Source: Chloroflexota bacterium | Lineage (GTDB): Bacteria > Chloroflexota > Dehalococcoidia > UBA2247 > RBG-13-53-26 | Assembly: GCA_003551705.1 (NCBI GenBank) | Contig: PUNJ01000020.1 | Span: 17,128-81,127 of the forward strand | Length of the DNA stretch: 64,000 nt | Reading direction: 5' to 3' | Shown: piece by piece, positions 19,417 through 28,656 of the stretch | Numbering within the stretch: position 1 is the stretch's first letter | Layout of the letters: each line of letters starts with the position of its first letter | Notes under the pieces: generated by a model | Databases searched by the model: none | Seen by the model: only the letters and a program-made list of their open reading frames with translations | What the model was told of the DNA's origin: nothing | Position numbers and translations under genes: made by a program

Positions 19417-20391
19417 TCAGCTACCCCGGACCTGTTTCAGCCATGCATCAATCAGGTTGTGATTGGTGAGAATCTGGCTGGCTGCTGAATAGGGGTCTAT
19501 CTCACCCGTCTCGACCCTTTCGAGATAGCGTGCAAGATCCTTGTCGTTTTCTATTTGGCTCACGATCTGACTCATGATCCTGTATTCAATAGTGCGAAGC
19601 AAGTCGAGCTTTCGTTGCCTTGACCTATTACGGTCCAAATGACCACCATCACCAAGAGCCTTCTCATGGGCCTTTATGTGCCGGTATAACTCCTCAATGC
19701 CCTTGTCATTTACCGCCTCAGTGGCAACAACAGGGACCTTCCACCAGGAATCAGGCCTCTGGCTCAACATGCCTTCCACTTCAGCCAGCATGTAATCAGC
19801 ACCCGGCCGGTCGGCCTTGTTGACCACGAATATGTCGGCGATTTCCATCAAGCCCGCCTTCATCGTCTGGATGCTGTCACCACCCTCAGGCACCAGCACA
19901 ACCACAGTAGTGTCAGCGGCCTCCATGATATCAATCTCGGTCTGGCCGACACCAACCGTTTCGACCAGGACGAAATCCTTACCCGCAGCGTCCAACAGTT
20001 TCACCACACCTGACGCCGTTCTGGGTAGACCTCCATGGCTGCCCCTCGTGGCCATGCTGCGAATGAAAACGCCCTCATCCAGATAATGCTGCTGCATCCT
20101 TATGCGGTCTCCCAGTATCGCACCACCAGAGAAGGGGCTCGTTGGATCCACAGCAATGATACCGACGTCCCTTTCATCCTGGCGCGCACTGCCAGCGAGT
20201 CTGCCAACCAGTGTACTTTTGCCTCCTCCCGGGGGGCCGGTTACTCCTACGGTGAAAGCCTTGCCTATGTGGGGATACACGGATTTCATTATGTCAGGCA
20301 CTTCCCGGCTGTCTCTTTCAACCAGCGTAATCAACCGTGCCAGGGCTTGCCTGTCACCCAGCAGCATTTTTTCTACCATCTCAGTAATCAT
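19417..20391 (-). CDS. meaB: methylmalonyl-CoA-mutase-associated G-protein chaperone MeaB/ArgK
   Basis: P-loop GPPGGGKST. MeaB-like length (324 aa) when started at the internal ATG preceded by GGAGG. Divergent from the mutase genes. Confidence 0.85.
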   Translation of the reverse strand: MITEMVEKMLLGDRQALARLITLVERDSREVPDIMKSVYPHIGKAFTVGVTGPPGGGKSTLVGRLAGSARQDERDVGIIAVDPTSPFSGGAILGDRIRMQQHYLDEGVFIRSMATRGSHGGLPRTASGVVKLLDAAGKDFVLVETVGVGQTEIDIMEAADTTVVVLVPEGGDSIQTMKAGLMEIADIFVVNKADRPGADYMLAEVEGMLSQRPDSWWKVPVVATEAVNDKGIEELYRHIKAHEKALGDGGHLDRNRSRQRKLDLLRTIEYRIMSQIVSQIENDKDLARYLERVETGEIDPYSAASQILTNHNLIDAWLKQVRGS

Positions 20392-20573
20392 AAAGACTCC
20401 TTCCGGATTTGCGCGCGCAGCATCTGGGGAACCATGCAGGGATAGGCGGCGTACAGGCTTTTGCAACACCTCACAACTATTTGTTATTATAGTAAACGTT
20501 CACGCACCCTTTCAAATCTGCGTGGCAAACTGTCAGCCTTGAGTCCGGTGATCCAACATAGCTAGGAGGAAGT

Positions 20574-22175
20574 ATGACCGCGAATAACGAGGACCAGATT
20601 AAGTCAGCATCGGGCATTCCCATCAAAGACCTATACATCCCAAATGATATCAAGGATATCGACTATGATAAGGAAATCGGCCTGCCCGGCCAACCACCAT
20701 TCACTCGTGGCGTGTACCAGACCATGTACCGCGGCCAGTTGTGGACCATACGCCGGCTGAGCGGTTTCAACACACCGGAGGACACTAACAACCTATACCG
20801 CGAAGAGTACGAACTGGGACAGACCGGTTTCTCCATAGCACCCGACATCTCCACAGCCTCTGGAATGGACCCCGATGATCCCAGGGTGGTGTCCGACGTA
20901 GGCCATGCCGGTGCTCCAATATACTCGCTTGAGGACATGGAGACGGTATTCGACGGCCTGCCCATCGAAAGGGTTTCCACCTTCCTGGCCGATCGAGTAG
21001 GCGGTCTGCTGACACCGGCCTATTTCATCATGGCCCAGAAGCGCGGCATACCGATGGACCAGGTACGCGGTACTACGGCTAACGACCTGTGCACCTGGAG
21101 TTCAATGGAGCTCGCCAACCAGCCCACTCCCCATACCTTTCTCCGGATGTCCGTGGACCTCATCGAGTGGTGTGCTGAGAACGCGCCAAGATGGTACCCC
21201 ATCTCCATGAACTCTTACAACCCCCGCGACAATGGGATCACCGCCGTCCAGGAGTTAGGCATGCTCATGGCCACGGTCATTCAGTATATTGAAGAAGCAA
21301 AGCGACGGGGCAGGGTACCACTTGACAAGTTTGTCAGGCGCTTCGCGTTTAACATGGCAGTCCATAACGATTTCTTCGAAGAGATATGCAAGTTGCGCGC
21401 CGCCCGCCGCATGCTGCTTAAGATCATCAGGGACCGCTACGGCATCGATGACCCGAAATGCGGCCAGCTCCGGGTCCATGTGCAGAGTTCCGGGTCCACC
21501 CACACCCACCAGGAACCCCTCAACAACCTCGTCCGCATAGCCTATCAGGTAATGGCCGGAGTCCTTGGTGGAGCCCAGTCGATACATGCCAACGGTTATG
21601 ACGAGGCGGTCTGCCTGCCCACCGATCAGTCCATGCTACTCTCTATCCGGACCGAGCAGATTGTCGCCCTCGAGACCAACGTTACCAACACCATCGATCC
21701 GCTGGGAGGTTCCTACTTCGTGGAATCCCTCACCAACGAAATCGAGGAGCGTGCCTGGGACTTCGTCAAGAAGATCGAGGAAGTCGGCGGCATGGCCCAG
21801 GCCATCAACACCGGTTGGATACACAGGGAGTACAAGGCTGCTATCATCGACTACGAGCGCAAGCTGCGGTCAGGAGAAATTAACGTCGTCGGCGTCAACA
21901 AGTTCCGGATGGAGAAGGAACCGCACAGCATACCTATTTTCAAGCCCGACCCGAAATCTGCAGACATTCTTGTCGAACGAATCAAGCGCCAGCGCGAGCA
22001 ACGGGACAACGCCAAAGTCACCAAGGCGCTGCAGAACCTGGAAGAAGTTGTCAGGAGCGAAGAAAATACTTTCCCTGCCATCATGGAAGCGGTCAAGGCC
22101 CAGGCTACCCCGGGTGAACTGGCAGCCATTCCGCTCAAAGTCTACGGTCCGTGGACCTATCCCATTGGAGTATAG
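20574..22175 (+). CDS. B12-dependent acyl-CoA mutase large (substrate-binding TIM-barrel) subunit, no B12 domain; copy 1
   Basis: 533 aa collinear with the methylmalonyl-CoA mutase catalytic domain (FTRGVYQTMY, WTIRRLSGF, PRVVSDVGHAG). AGGAGG SD. Confidence 0.85.
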   Translation: MTANNEDQIKSASGIPIKDLYIPNDIKDIDYDKEIGLPGQPPFTRGVYQTMYRGQLWTIRRLSGFNTPEDTNNLYREEYELGQTGFSIAPDISTASGMDPDDPRVVSDVGHAGAPIYSLEDMETVFDGLPIERVSTFLADRVGGLLTPAYFIMAQKRGIPMDQVRGTTANDLCTWSSMELANQPTPHTFLRMSVDLIEWCAENAPRWYPISMNSYNPRDNGITAVQELGMLMATVIQYIEEAKRRGRVPLDKFVRRFAFNMAVHNDFFEEICKLRAARRMLLKIIRDRYGIDDPKCGQLRVHVQSSGSTHTHQEPLNNLVRIAYQVMAGVLGGAQSIHANGYDEAVCLPTDQSMLLSIRTEQIVALETNVTNTIDPLGGSYFVESLTNEIEERAWDFVKKIEEVGGMAQAINTGWIHREYKAAIIDYERKLRSGEINVVGVNKFRMEKEPHSIPIFKPDPKSADILVERIKRQREQRDNAKVTKALQNLEEVVRSEENTFPAIMEAVKAQATPGELAAIPLKVYGPWTYPIGV

Positions 22176-22190
22176 AGAAGGAGTAATCGC

Positions 22191-22601
22191 ATGGACTCAA
22201 AGAACGTCAAGATATTAATGGCCAAACCCGGTCTGGAAGGGCACTGGCGCGGTCTGATTGCAGTCAGCAGCGCCTTCAGGGATGCAGGTTTCGAGGTCAT
22301 TTACGGCGGCAGTATGCGGCCAGCAGAGATCGCCACGACAGCCGCCCAAGAAGATGTGGATATTGTCGGACTGAGCATACTCTGTTCAAACTATATGCCA
22401 CTCACTTCCCAGACCATTGAACAACTCAAGGCCCACGGCAAGGGTGACGTCATGGTCCTGCTTGGCGGTATAATCTACCCCGACGACTTCACTGAACTTC
22501 AAAAGATGGGAGTAAGCGGCATCTTCATACCGGGAACACCACTCGAAGACATCGTCAAATTCGTAAATGACAGGATACCTGAACTCAAGAAAGTTGCATA
22601 G
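22191..22601 (+). CDS. B12-binding small subunit of split acyl-CoA mutase; copy 1
   Basis: 136 aa. KILMAKPGLEGHWRG cobalamin-binding loop (ExHxxG variant of DxHxxG). Rossmann-like remainder. GGAG SD. Confidence 0.85.
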   Translation: MDSKNVKILMAKPGLEGHWRGLIAVSSAFRDAGFEVIYGGSMRPAEIATTAAQEDVDIVGLSILCSNYMPLTSQTIEQLKAHGKGDVMVLLGGIIYPDDFTELQKMGVSGIFIPGTPLEDIVKFVNDRIPELKKVA

Positions 22602-22653
22602 CCCTTGGGCAATAAGTAGGTCCAGAGTTTGGTAACTCTCAAGGAGCGTGAAT

Positions 22654-24249
22654 ATGGCAAGCGAAGATAAGGTGTTTTCACTATCTGGGATCCCAATCAA
22701 GGACCTCTACACGCCGGACGATGTGAAGACCATTGACTATGACCGAGACCTTGGCTTGCCGGGACACCCCCCCTATACACGAGGCGTCTACGCCACGATG
22801 TATCGCGGCCAGCTTTGGACGATACGCCGTTTGAGCGGTTTCAATACACCTGAAGAGACTAACAAGCTTTACCGGGAGGAATACGAACTGGGGCAGACCG
22901 GGCTTTCGGTAGCCCCAGACATCTCTACCGTCGTCGGCATGGATGCGGATGATCCAAGAGTTTCCGCAGACATCGGACATGCCGGCGTACCCATGAGTTC
23001 CATTGAGGACGTCGAAGCCACCTTCAACGGCATCCCCATTGAGAATGTGTCCACCTATCTGGCAGACAGGTGTGGGGCAGTTACCACGGCCATGTATTTC
23101 GTCATGGCGGAGCGGCGCGGCCTTGATCTCAAGGGGCTCCGTGGTACAACCGCCAATGACATGTTGAGCTTCAGCGTGCCCAGCCTCGTGAACCAGACGC
23201 CTCCGCAAGCATATCTCCGCTATGCCGTCGATTTCATCGAATGGTGTTGCGAGCACGCTCCTAGATGGAACCCCGTATCCTTTGACTCATACAACTCCAG
23301 GGATTGCGGGCTCGACGCTGTACAAGAGCTTGGCATGTTGCTGGCCACTGCCATTCAGTACATGGAGGAAGCGAAGAGGCGAGGCAGGGTACCCCTGGAC
23401 AAGTTCGTCCGGCGAGTCTCCTTCGATACCGGTTTGCACAACGACTTTTTTGAGGAAATCGCCAAACTCCGGGCCGCCCGACGTATGTGGTACAAGATCG
23501 TCCGTGACCGCTATGGCATAACGGACCCCAAATGCGCTCTGTTTCGCGTTCACTGCCAGAGTTCGGGCTCGACTCATACAACTCAGGAACCGTTGAATAA
23601 CCTCATTCGCATAGCCTATCAGGTAATGGCAGGAGCACTGGGTGGTGCCCAGTCCATCCATGCCAATGGCTATGACGAAGGCATCTGTCTGCCAACCGAG
23701 CAATCGATGCTGCTCTCGATTCGCACAGAGCAAATAGCGGCCCTGGAAGCAAACATTGGAAACACCATCGACCCTCTTGGGGGCTCCTACTACGTAGAAT
23801 CCCTGACCAACGAACTTGAGGAACGCTCCTGGCAATATGTCAAGAAGATAGAAGACATGGGAGGGATGGCCGAGGCCATGAGTTCCGGTTGGCTATACAA
23901 GGAGTACAGGGATGCCATGATCGAGCACGAGAGGAAGGTGGCCACGGGTGAACTTCCCATAGTCGGCGTGAATAGGTTCCGGCTGGAAAAAGAGCCCTAT
24001 GAGGTCCCCATCTTTAGATGGGACCCGGAAGCTCCGTACAAACAGATTGAGAAACTCAAGGCATTCAAGCAGAAACGAGATAAGGACAAGTTGACGGCAT
24101 CCCTGGAGAACCTTGAAGCTGTTACCCGCCGGGGCGAAAACGTGTATCCGGCCGTAATGGACGCGATCAGGTGCAATGCCACTCTTGGCGAGATATCGGA
24201 TGTGCAATTGAAAGTTTACGGCCTCTGGCGCCGGCCGCTGGCAATCTAA
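22654..24249 (+). CDS. B12-dependent acyl-CoA mutase large subunit; copy 2 (paralogue of 20574..22175)
   Basis: Same architecture and motifs as copy 1 (YTRGVYATMY...). Start set at the ATG 7 nt after an AAGGAG SD. Confidence 0.85.
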   Translation: MASEDKVFSLSGIPIKDLYTPDDVKTIDYDRDLGLPGHPPYTRGVYATMYRGQLWTIRRLSGFNTPEETNKLYREEYELGQTGLSVAPDISTVVGMDADDPRVSADIGHAGVPMSSIEDVEATFNGIPIENVSTYLADRCGAVTTAMYFVMAERRGLDLKGLRGTTANDMLSFSVPSLVNQTPPQAYLRYAVDFIEWCCEHAPRWNPVSFDSYNSRDCGLDAVQELGMLLATAIQYMEEAKRRGRVPLDKFVRRVSFDTGLHNDFFEEIAKLRAARRMWYKIVRDRYGITDPKCALFRVHCQSSGSTHTTQEPLNNLIRIAYQVMAGALGGAQSIHANGYDEGICLPTEQSMLLSIRTEQIAALEANIGNTIDPLGGSYYVESLTNELEERSWQYVKKIEDMGGMAEAMSSGWLYKEYRDAMIEHERKVATGELPIVGVNRFRLEKEPYEVPIFRWDPEAPYKQIEKLKAFKQKRDKDKLTASLENLEAVTRRGENVYPAVMDAIRCNATLGEISDVQLKVYGLWRRPLAI

Positions 24250-24264
24250 AAAGGGGTGAAATTC

Positions 24265-24672
24265 ATGGTCAAAGACAGGGTGAAGATATTGATGGCAAAG
24301 CCCGGCCTCGAGGGACACTGGAGGGGCATGACCATAGTCAGTAGCGCCCTGCGGGATGCTGGATATGAGGTAATCTACGGGGGAAACATGCTGCCGCCGG
24401 AGATCGGCCAGACCGCAGCCCAGGAGGACGTGGACATGGTAGGGCTGAGCATCCTCTCGTCAAATTACATGAGACTGGTAAGTGAAACTCTGGAGGAACT
24501 CCGCAAGAACAACAAGGACGACGTAACAGTATTGCTGGGCGGCATCATCTGGGAATCGGACTTCGCGGCTCTCAAACATATGGGGATTGCCGGAATATTC
24601 ACACCGGGTACGCCCTTGCAGGACATCGTCGCCTTTGTCAATACAAAGACCGCAGCGCAGCCCAGCCGGTGA
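24265..24672 (+). CDS. B12-binding small subunit; copy 2
   Basis: KILMAKPGLEGHWRG identical to the copy-1 loop. Start at the ATG preceded by AAAAAGGGG. Confidence 0.85.
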   Translation: MVKDRVKILMAKPGLEGHWRGMTIVSSALRDAGYEVIYGGNMLPPEIGQTAAQEDVDMVGLSILSSNYMRLVSETLEELRKNNKDDVTVLLGGIIWESDFAALKHMGIAGIFTPGTPLQDIVAFVNTKTAAQPSR

Positions 24673-24734
24673 GAATGCGTGCACTGCATTGAGTATACCA
24701 ATCCCTGCACGGAGCCTGGTCGTGACTGCGAGAT

Positions 24735-24764
24735 TTGACACTCGAAAAAGGCCTGCCATATACT
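24735..24764 (+). promoter_or_regulatory. sigma70-like promoter (TTGACA-18-TATACT) within a conserved AGATTTGACACTC element
   Basis: Same 13-nt element and same spacing as the promoter at 16071. Lies about 320 nt upstream of the cdhB-like gene. Confidence 0.4.
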
Positions 24765-25083
24765 GTAGTTGCCTTGGATGGCCTAGGGTCAGTGAGGAAA
24801 ACGCTTAGTGCCGATTACGCCTAAAGAACAAAGCCGCATTGTGGGCGTCGCCCACAGCAATAGATGGCGATCTGAGATCGCAGACCGAACCAACCGGGCA
24901 GATTCCCTAGACCAGCACCATACGGTTTGCCCATTATCCACATCATCTCTTACTCCGTTGTCGCGATTGATGCCTGGCATCAATTCAACGGTGCATTTAG
25001 CAATGCGATTACACCTTTCTTGATGAGGGCCTTTCCATAGGTCCAAGATTGATCCCGACAGCCAAGTGAAGGAGGGAATTACG

Positions 25084-25548
25084 ATGAGTATCAAGGATCC
25101 AGCAGGGTTAGCCCAATATCTTCGAAGCGGCAAGCGAGTGCTGATCATGACCGGAGCGCTCTGTGATGAAATCAATTTCGATGGCAAGAGCCTGTTGGAC
25201 TATGCTGCCGACATTGCCAAGAGGACCAAAGCTCCAGTAGCTGCCACAGGCAATACGGTCAACGGCCTCCGAGAGCGAGGCGTGGAGACACACAAGTCCT
25301 GGGCGGCTGAGATCGTAAATTTCATGAAATATGATTGGCACAACCCGCTCATGGCTGACAAACCCGAGGTGCTGCTTTTGATAGGATATAGCCCGACTAT
25401 GGCAGCGAACTTAGCCTCTTCCGTAAAGGATGCGGAAACCGTCGCCTTGGGCGGCAGCTACATCGAGGAAGCCACGTATTCTCTTCCCAGTGTCAAGTCT
25501 TTCTCTGAGTGGCAGCAAGAGTTAACGGAGTTAGTCAAGGCACTATAG
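25084..25548 (+). CDS. CdhB-like protein (epsilon subunit of archaeal-type CO dehydrogenase/acetyl-CoA synthase)
   Basis: 154 aa. Rossmann-like pattern KRVLIMTG...APVAATGN...EVLLLIGY and a C-terminal ELVKAL, resembling ACDS epsilon subunits. Start at ATG after GAAGGAGGG. Confidence 0.5.
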   Translation: MSIKDPAGLAQYLRSGKRVLIMTGALCDEINFDGKSLLDYAADIAKRTKAPVAATGNTVNGLRERGVETHKSWAAEIVNFMKYDWHNPLMADKPEVLLLIGYSPTMAANLASSVKDAETVALGGSYIEEATYSLPSVKSFSEWQQELTELVKAL

Positions 25549-25554
25549 CAGGAA

Positions 25555-26124
25555 ATGGATAACAAGTCCGAGACGCAGAAGAGCAGGATCAGCGAAGGTG
25601 AATTCCGCCATTACGTTTTCGAGCGGCAGGAATTGCTGGATGAAACGCGACGCTTTCTGGAACAGGCGGGATATGAATGGAAGCCTGTAGACCATGTGGG
25701 ATTTGTCCAGCCCGATTTCCGAACCAAGCGTAAGGCAGAAGGGCGCCGTTTCGAAATAGCAGGCCTGCTCCGGGAGAGCATGGATGAAGCCGTTGAGGCA
25801 CTCATCAAGCTATCTGCGATACGAGCTGTAAATGCAAACATCGATTGCGTGCTGGTTCTGCCGCCCATAAATGAGTATGTGCTCATCGAATTCCTCATGG
25901 ATGAACGAGGGCGCTGGTACTTCGGGATGAAAGATGCCAAGATATCGATGTGGTTTGTCAATCCGGATAACAGGACCACAATGTGTGTCATTGGCGGTCC
26001 AAGCGATAGAGAATTCTTAAAACACTTCTTCATGAGCCAGGCCAATTTCGATGAGTACATGTCCATGCGCGCACTACACCTCATCCAAGAAAGACTTATG
26101 GCTGAGGAAGAAGAGGACGACTAG
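25555..26124 (+). CDS. hypothetical protein (no recognisable motif; acidic C-terminus)
   Basis: 189-aa ORF in operon context between the cdhB-like and SDR genes. Confidence 0.5.
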   Translation: MDNKSETQKSRISEGEFRHYVFERQELLDETRRFLEQAGYEWKPVDHVGFVQPDFRTKRKAEGRRFEIAGLLRESMDEAVEALIKLSAIRAVNANIDCVLVLPPINEYVLIEFLMDERGRWYFGMKDAKISMWFVNPDNRTTMCVIGGPSDREFLKHFFMSQANFDEYMSMRALHLIQERLMAEEEEDD

Positions 26125-26177
26125 TTTGAGGGGGGACCCAATTAATCTTACCCTCACAAATAACAAGGAGGTAAGTG

Positions 26178-27077
26178 ATGGGCAAACTTGATGCTAAGAA
26201 CGCAGTAGTTACCGGTGGCGGCCGGGGCATTGGCCGAGCAGTAGCCTTGGAATTGGCCAAGAATGGCGCCAAAGTAATAGTTTCCGACTTGGGCGGATCG
26301 AGGAGCGGCGAAGGTGCGGATGCTTCTGCAGCGGAGGAAGTCGTTGCCGAGATCAAACAGGCCGGGGGCACGGCAATGGCCAACCATGAGTCTGTTACCG
26401 ATTTCGTGGCGGCTGAAAGAATAGTCAAGACCTGCGTAGATAGTTTCGGCAGCATAGATATACTGGTCAACTGCGCCGGCATTCTGCGCGACCGCATGTC
26501 CTGGAACATGTCCGAAGAGGAATGGGATGCTGTTATCGCCGTACACCTCAAAGGTATGTTCAACATGATCCGGCATGCTGGCCGATTTATGAGGGAACAG
26601 AAGTGGGGGCGCATCGTCAGCACCACCTCTGATGCCTGGAGAGGCAGTCCAGGACAGCCGAACTACAGTGCCGCCAAGGGGGGCATAGTCAGCCTCACTC
26701 GCACACTGGCCGGTGAACTCGGCAAATACAATGTCACAGCAAACGCCATCGCACCGTTTGCAGCCACCAGGATGACCATGGACGAGGAGGTTATCGCCAG
26801 GTTCAAGAAGTACTATGAATCGGGCATGATGACAGAGGACCAGTATGATGAACTGGTCAATATGCCCGGTCCGGAGTACCTGGCTCCCGTGGTTGCGTAC
26901 CTTTGCACCGAAGAAGCCGCCGCCATCAACGGCAAGGTTGTCGGATGCGGTGGCGGACGGGTCTCTCTGTATTCTGACCCGGTCGAAATTCGCGGTCTTT
27001 TCAGGGACCATAGACAATTCGGTGCCTGGACAGTTGAAGAACTGATCAAGCTCGTGCCGAAGACTCTTCTTACATAG
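26178..27077 (+). CDS. MFE-2-type (R)-specific 3-hydroxyacyl-CoA dehydrogenase (SDR family)
   Basis: Near-collinear with the dehydrogenase domain of peroxisomal multifunctional enzyme 2: VTGGGRGIGR, SDLGG, VNCAGILRDR, GRIVSTTS, catalytic NYSAAK. AAGGAGG SD. Confidence 0.8.
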   Translation: MGKLDAKNAVVTGGGRGIGRAVALELAKNGAKVIVSDLGGSRSGEGADASAAEEVVAEIKQAGGTAMANHESVTDFVAAERIVKTCVDSFGSIDILVNCAGILRDRMSWNMSEEEWDAVIAVHLKGMFNMIRHAGRFMREQKWGRIVSTTSDAWRGSPGQPNYSAAKGGIVSLTRTLAGELGKYNVTANAIAPFAATRMTMDEEVIARFKKYYESGMMTEDQYDELVNMPGPEYLAPVVAYLCTEEAAAINGKVVGCGGGRVSLYSDPVEIRGLFRDHRQFGAWTVEELIKLVPKTLLT

Positions 27078-27276
27078 TAAGGAAGGTAAATAACCAAATA
27101 CGCTGTACAGCTCCCTGGTCAGAGGTTGACCATTCTACCGAGGAGGTAGAATAATGGTTTAGTTTTACCAGGTCACTCACGCCGGAGACGTGAGCCTGGC
27201 CCGATCAAGGTGAATCAGGGCATGTGACCTAGTGGCCAGCAGTGAAGAAGAGGAGCATATCTTAAAGGAGGTCAAT

Positions 27277-28641
27277 GTGAGCGTCGGAGAAGATCCAGAA
27301 AAGAATGTTCCGCCCGGAAGAGAATTTCAATTGCCCACAGACCCCGATTATCTCTGGGACGGGTTAAAGGACATAGGACTGGGCATAAGATGGGTAGCCG
27401 AAGTTAAGAAGGCCGACATGCAAATCGAGCTTTCCGGACCCAAGTGGGAGTACAAGAGCTACACCATCATGGAAGTGATTGAAGAGCCTGGCATAGTAAG
27501 GGACGGCATAGTAACACTGGTTGGTCCCGATCTGCACGAGGTGGAACCCGGTACTTCGGTGCCCTCTGCCTGGGACATCAAGGTCTACGGCCCTGGCATC
27601 GGCCAGCGGCATCGCGAGTATCTGGAACGGCAAATGGCCATGGCTCTGCACGGAATTGAGGGATACATGGCCTTTGGTTCTTTCCAGGCACCCTGGATGA
27701 GGATCAGCAAGGCTGTGGCGGGGCGGCTTACGTTCGCCAAGCTGTGCCAGATAATCCATGCTTATATCAAGACCGTGGTCCCTCAAGTGGAAGCCATGGA
27801 GTTCCGCTGGATAATCGGCGCCCCCGAAATCGGCGGCCTCGACCTGATAGAGCCGTTATATCGCAGGGGTATTCAAAGGTTGAAGGCCCAGGAACAGTCG
27901 GTTGCCCTTGAAGACGAAGACGTCGACCTGTTCTACGGGTGTACAATCTGCAAATCACTGGCCCCCAACCACGTATGTGCCATTACCCCCAGCCAGATAC
28001 CCTACTGCGGCATTCTGTCCTACAACGGCGCCCAGGTTACGGTCGAGCTGGACCCCGAGGGCTACATATTCCCGATGCCAAAGGGCGAGTGCAAGAACTT
28101 CCTTCAGGGCAGCTACTCCGGCGTTGATGCAGCAGTGTATGAAAGATCAAACCATCAGGTAAAGAGGGTTAATATCTTCAGCGCTATCAGGTACCCCACC
28201 ACCAACTGCGGATGCTTTGAGGGCGCTGCATTCTATATACCTGAAGTAGACGGTCTCGGCGTTGCCATCCGTCGCTATATCGGTGTGACACCTCTCGGCA
28301 TAAAGTTCTCCCGTTTGGCAGGTACCATATCAGGCGGCTCGCAGAACCATGGCTACAAAGGCGTGTCGATGCGCTCAATGCAAAGCAAGACTTTCCTCAA
28401 GGGAGACGGGGGCTGGAACAGAATCGTCTGGATGCCCGCTGACCTGAAAGAAGAAGTAGCCGAATACATTCCCGAAGAGATCTACGACAAAATAGCCACC
28501 GAGCAGGACACCATCGACCCGGTCGAACTCAAGGAGTTCCTGAAGAAGAAAGGTCACCCCGTAGTTGAGAAATTCTGGAAAAATGGTGAACCTCAATCGT
28601 TGAATGTACCTCTCCCAGGAGGGGAGTGGGCCGACGAATAA
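27277..28641 (+). CDS. cdhC: acetyl-CoA synthase (A-cluster) subunit, archaeal CdhC type; copy 1
   Basis: A-cluster ligand pattern C-x2-C-x8-C-x9-C followed exactly 67 residues later by the Ni-binding C-G-C (TNCGCFEG). About 455 aa, as in archaeal beta subunits lacking the bacterial AcsB N-domain. GTG start 5 nt after AAAGGAGG. Confidence 0.8.
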   Translation: MSVGEDPEKNVPPGREFQLPTDPDYLWDGLKDIGLGIRWVAEVKKADMQIELSGPKWEYKSYTIMEVIEEPGIVRDGIVTLVGPDLHEVEPGTSVPSAWDIKVYGPGIGQRHREYLERQMAMALHGIEGYMAFGSFQAPWMRISKAVAGRLTFAKLCQIIHAYIKTVVPQVEAMEFRWIIGAPEIGGLDLIEPLYRRGIQRLKAQEQSVALEDEDVDLFYGCTICKSLAPNHVCAITPSQIPYCGILSYNGAQVTVELDPEGYIFPMPKGECKNFLQGSYSGVDAAVYERSNHQVKRVNIFSAIRYPTTNCGCFEGAAFYIPEVDGLGVAIRRYIGVTPLGIKFSRLAGTISGGSQNHGYKGVSMRSMQSKTFLKGDGGWNRIVWMPADLKEEVAEYIPEEIYDKIATEQDTIDPVELKEFLKKKGHPVVEKFWKNGEPQSLNVPLPGGEWADE

Positions 28642-28656
28642 ATTGGGAGGTCGAAA

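Larger units (their letters stand above)
20574..24672 (+). repeat. tandem gene duplication: two diverged [mutase large + B12 small] pairs (about 2.05 kb each)
   Basis: Collinear paralogous protein pairs with many identical blocks but clearly diverged; no IS elements flanking. Confidence 0.8.

Noticed and set aside
20470-20573. Cobalamin riboswitch upstream of the mutase genes
   Set aside because: Intergenic region is only about 100 nt and shared with the divergent meaB promoter; too short and lacks the B12-box-like GCCACUG element.
24680-24700. Short inverted repeat AATGC-GTGCACT-GCATT after the second mutase operon
   Set aside because: Stem of only 5 bp with no U-tract; not convincing as a terminator.
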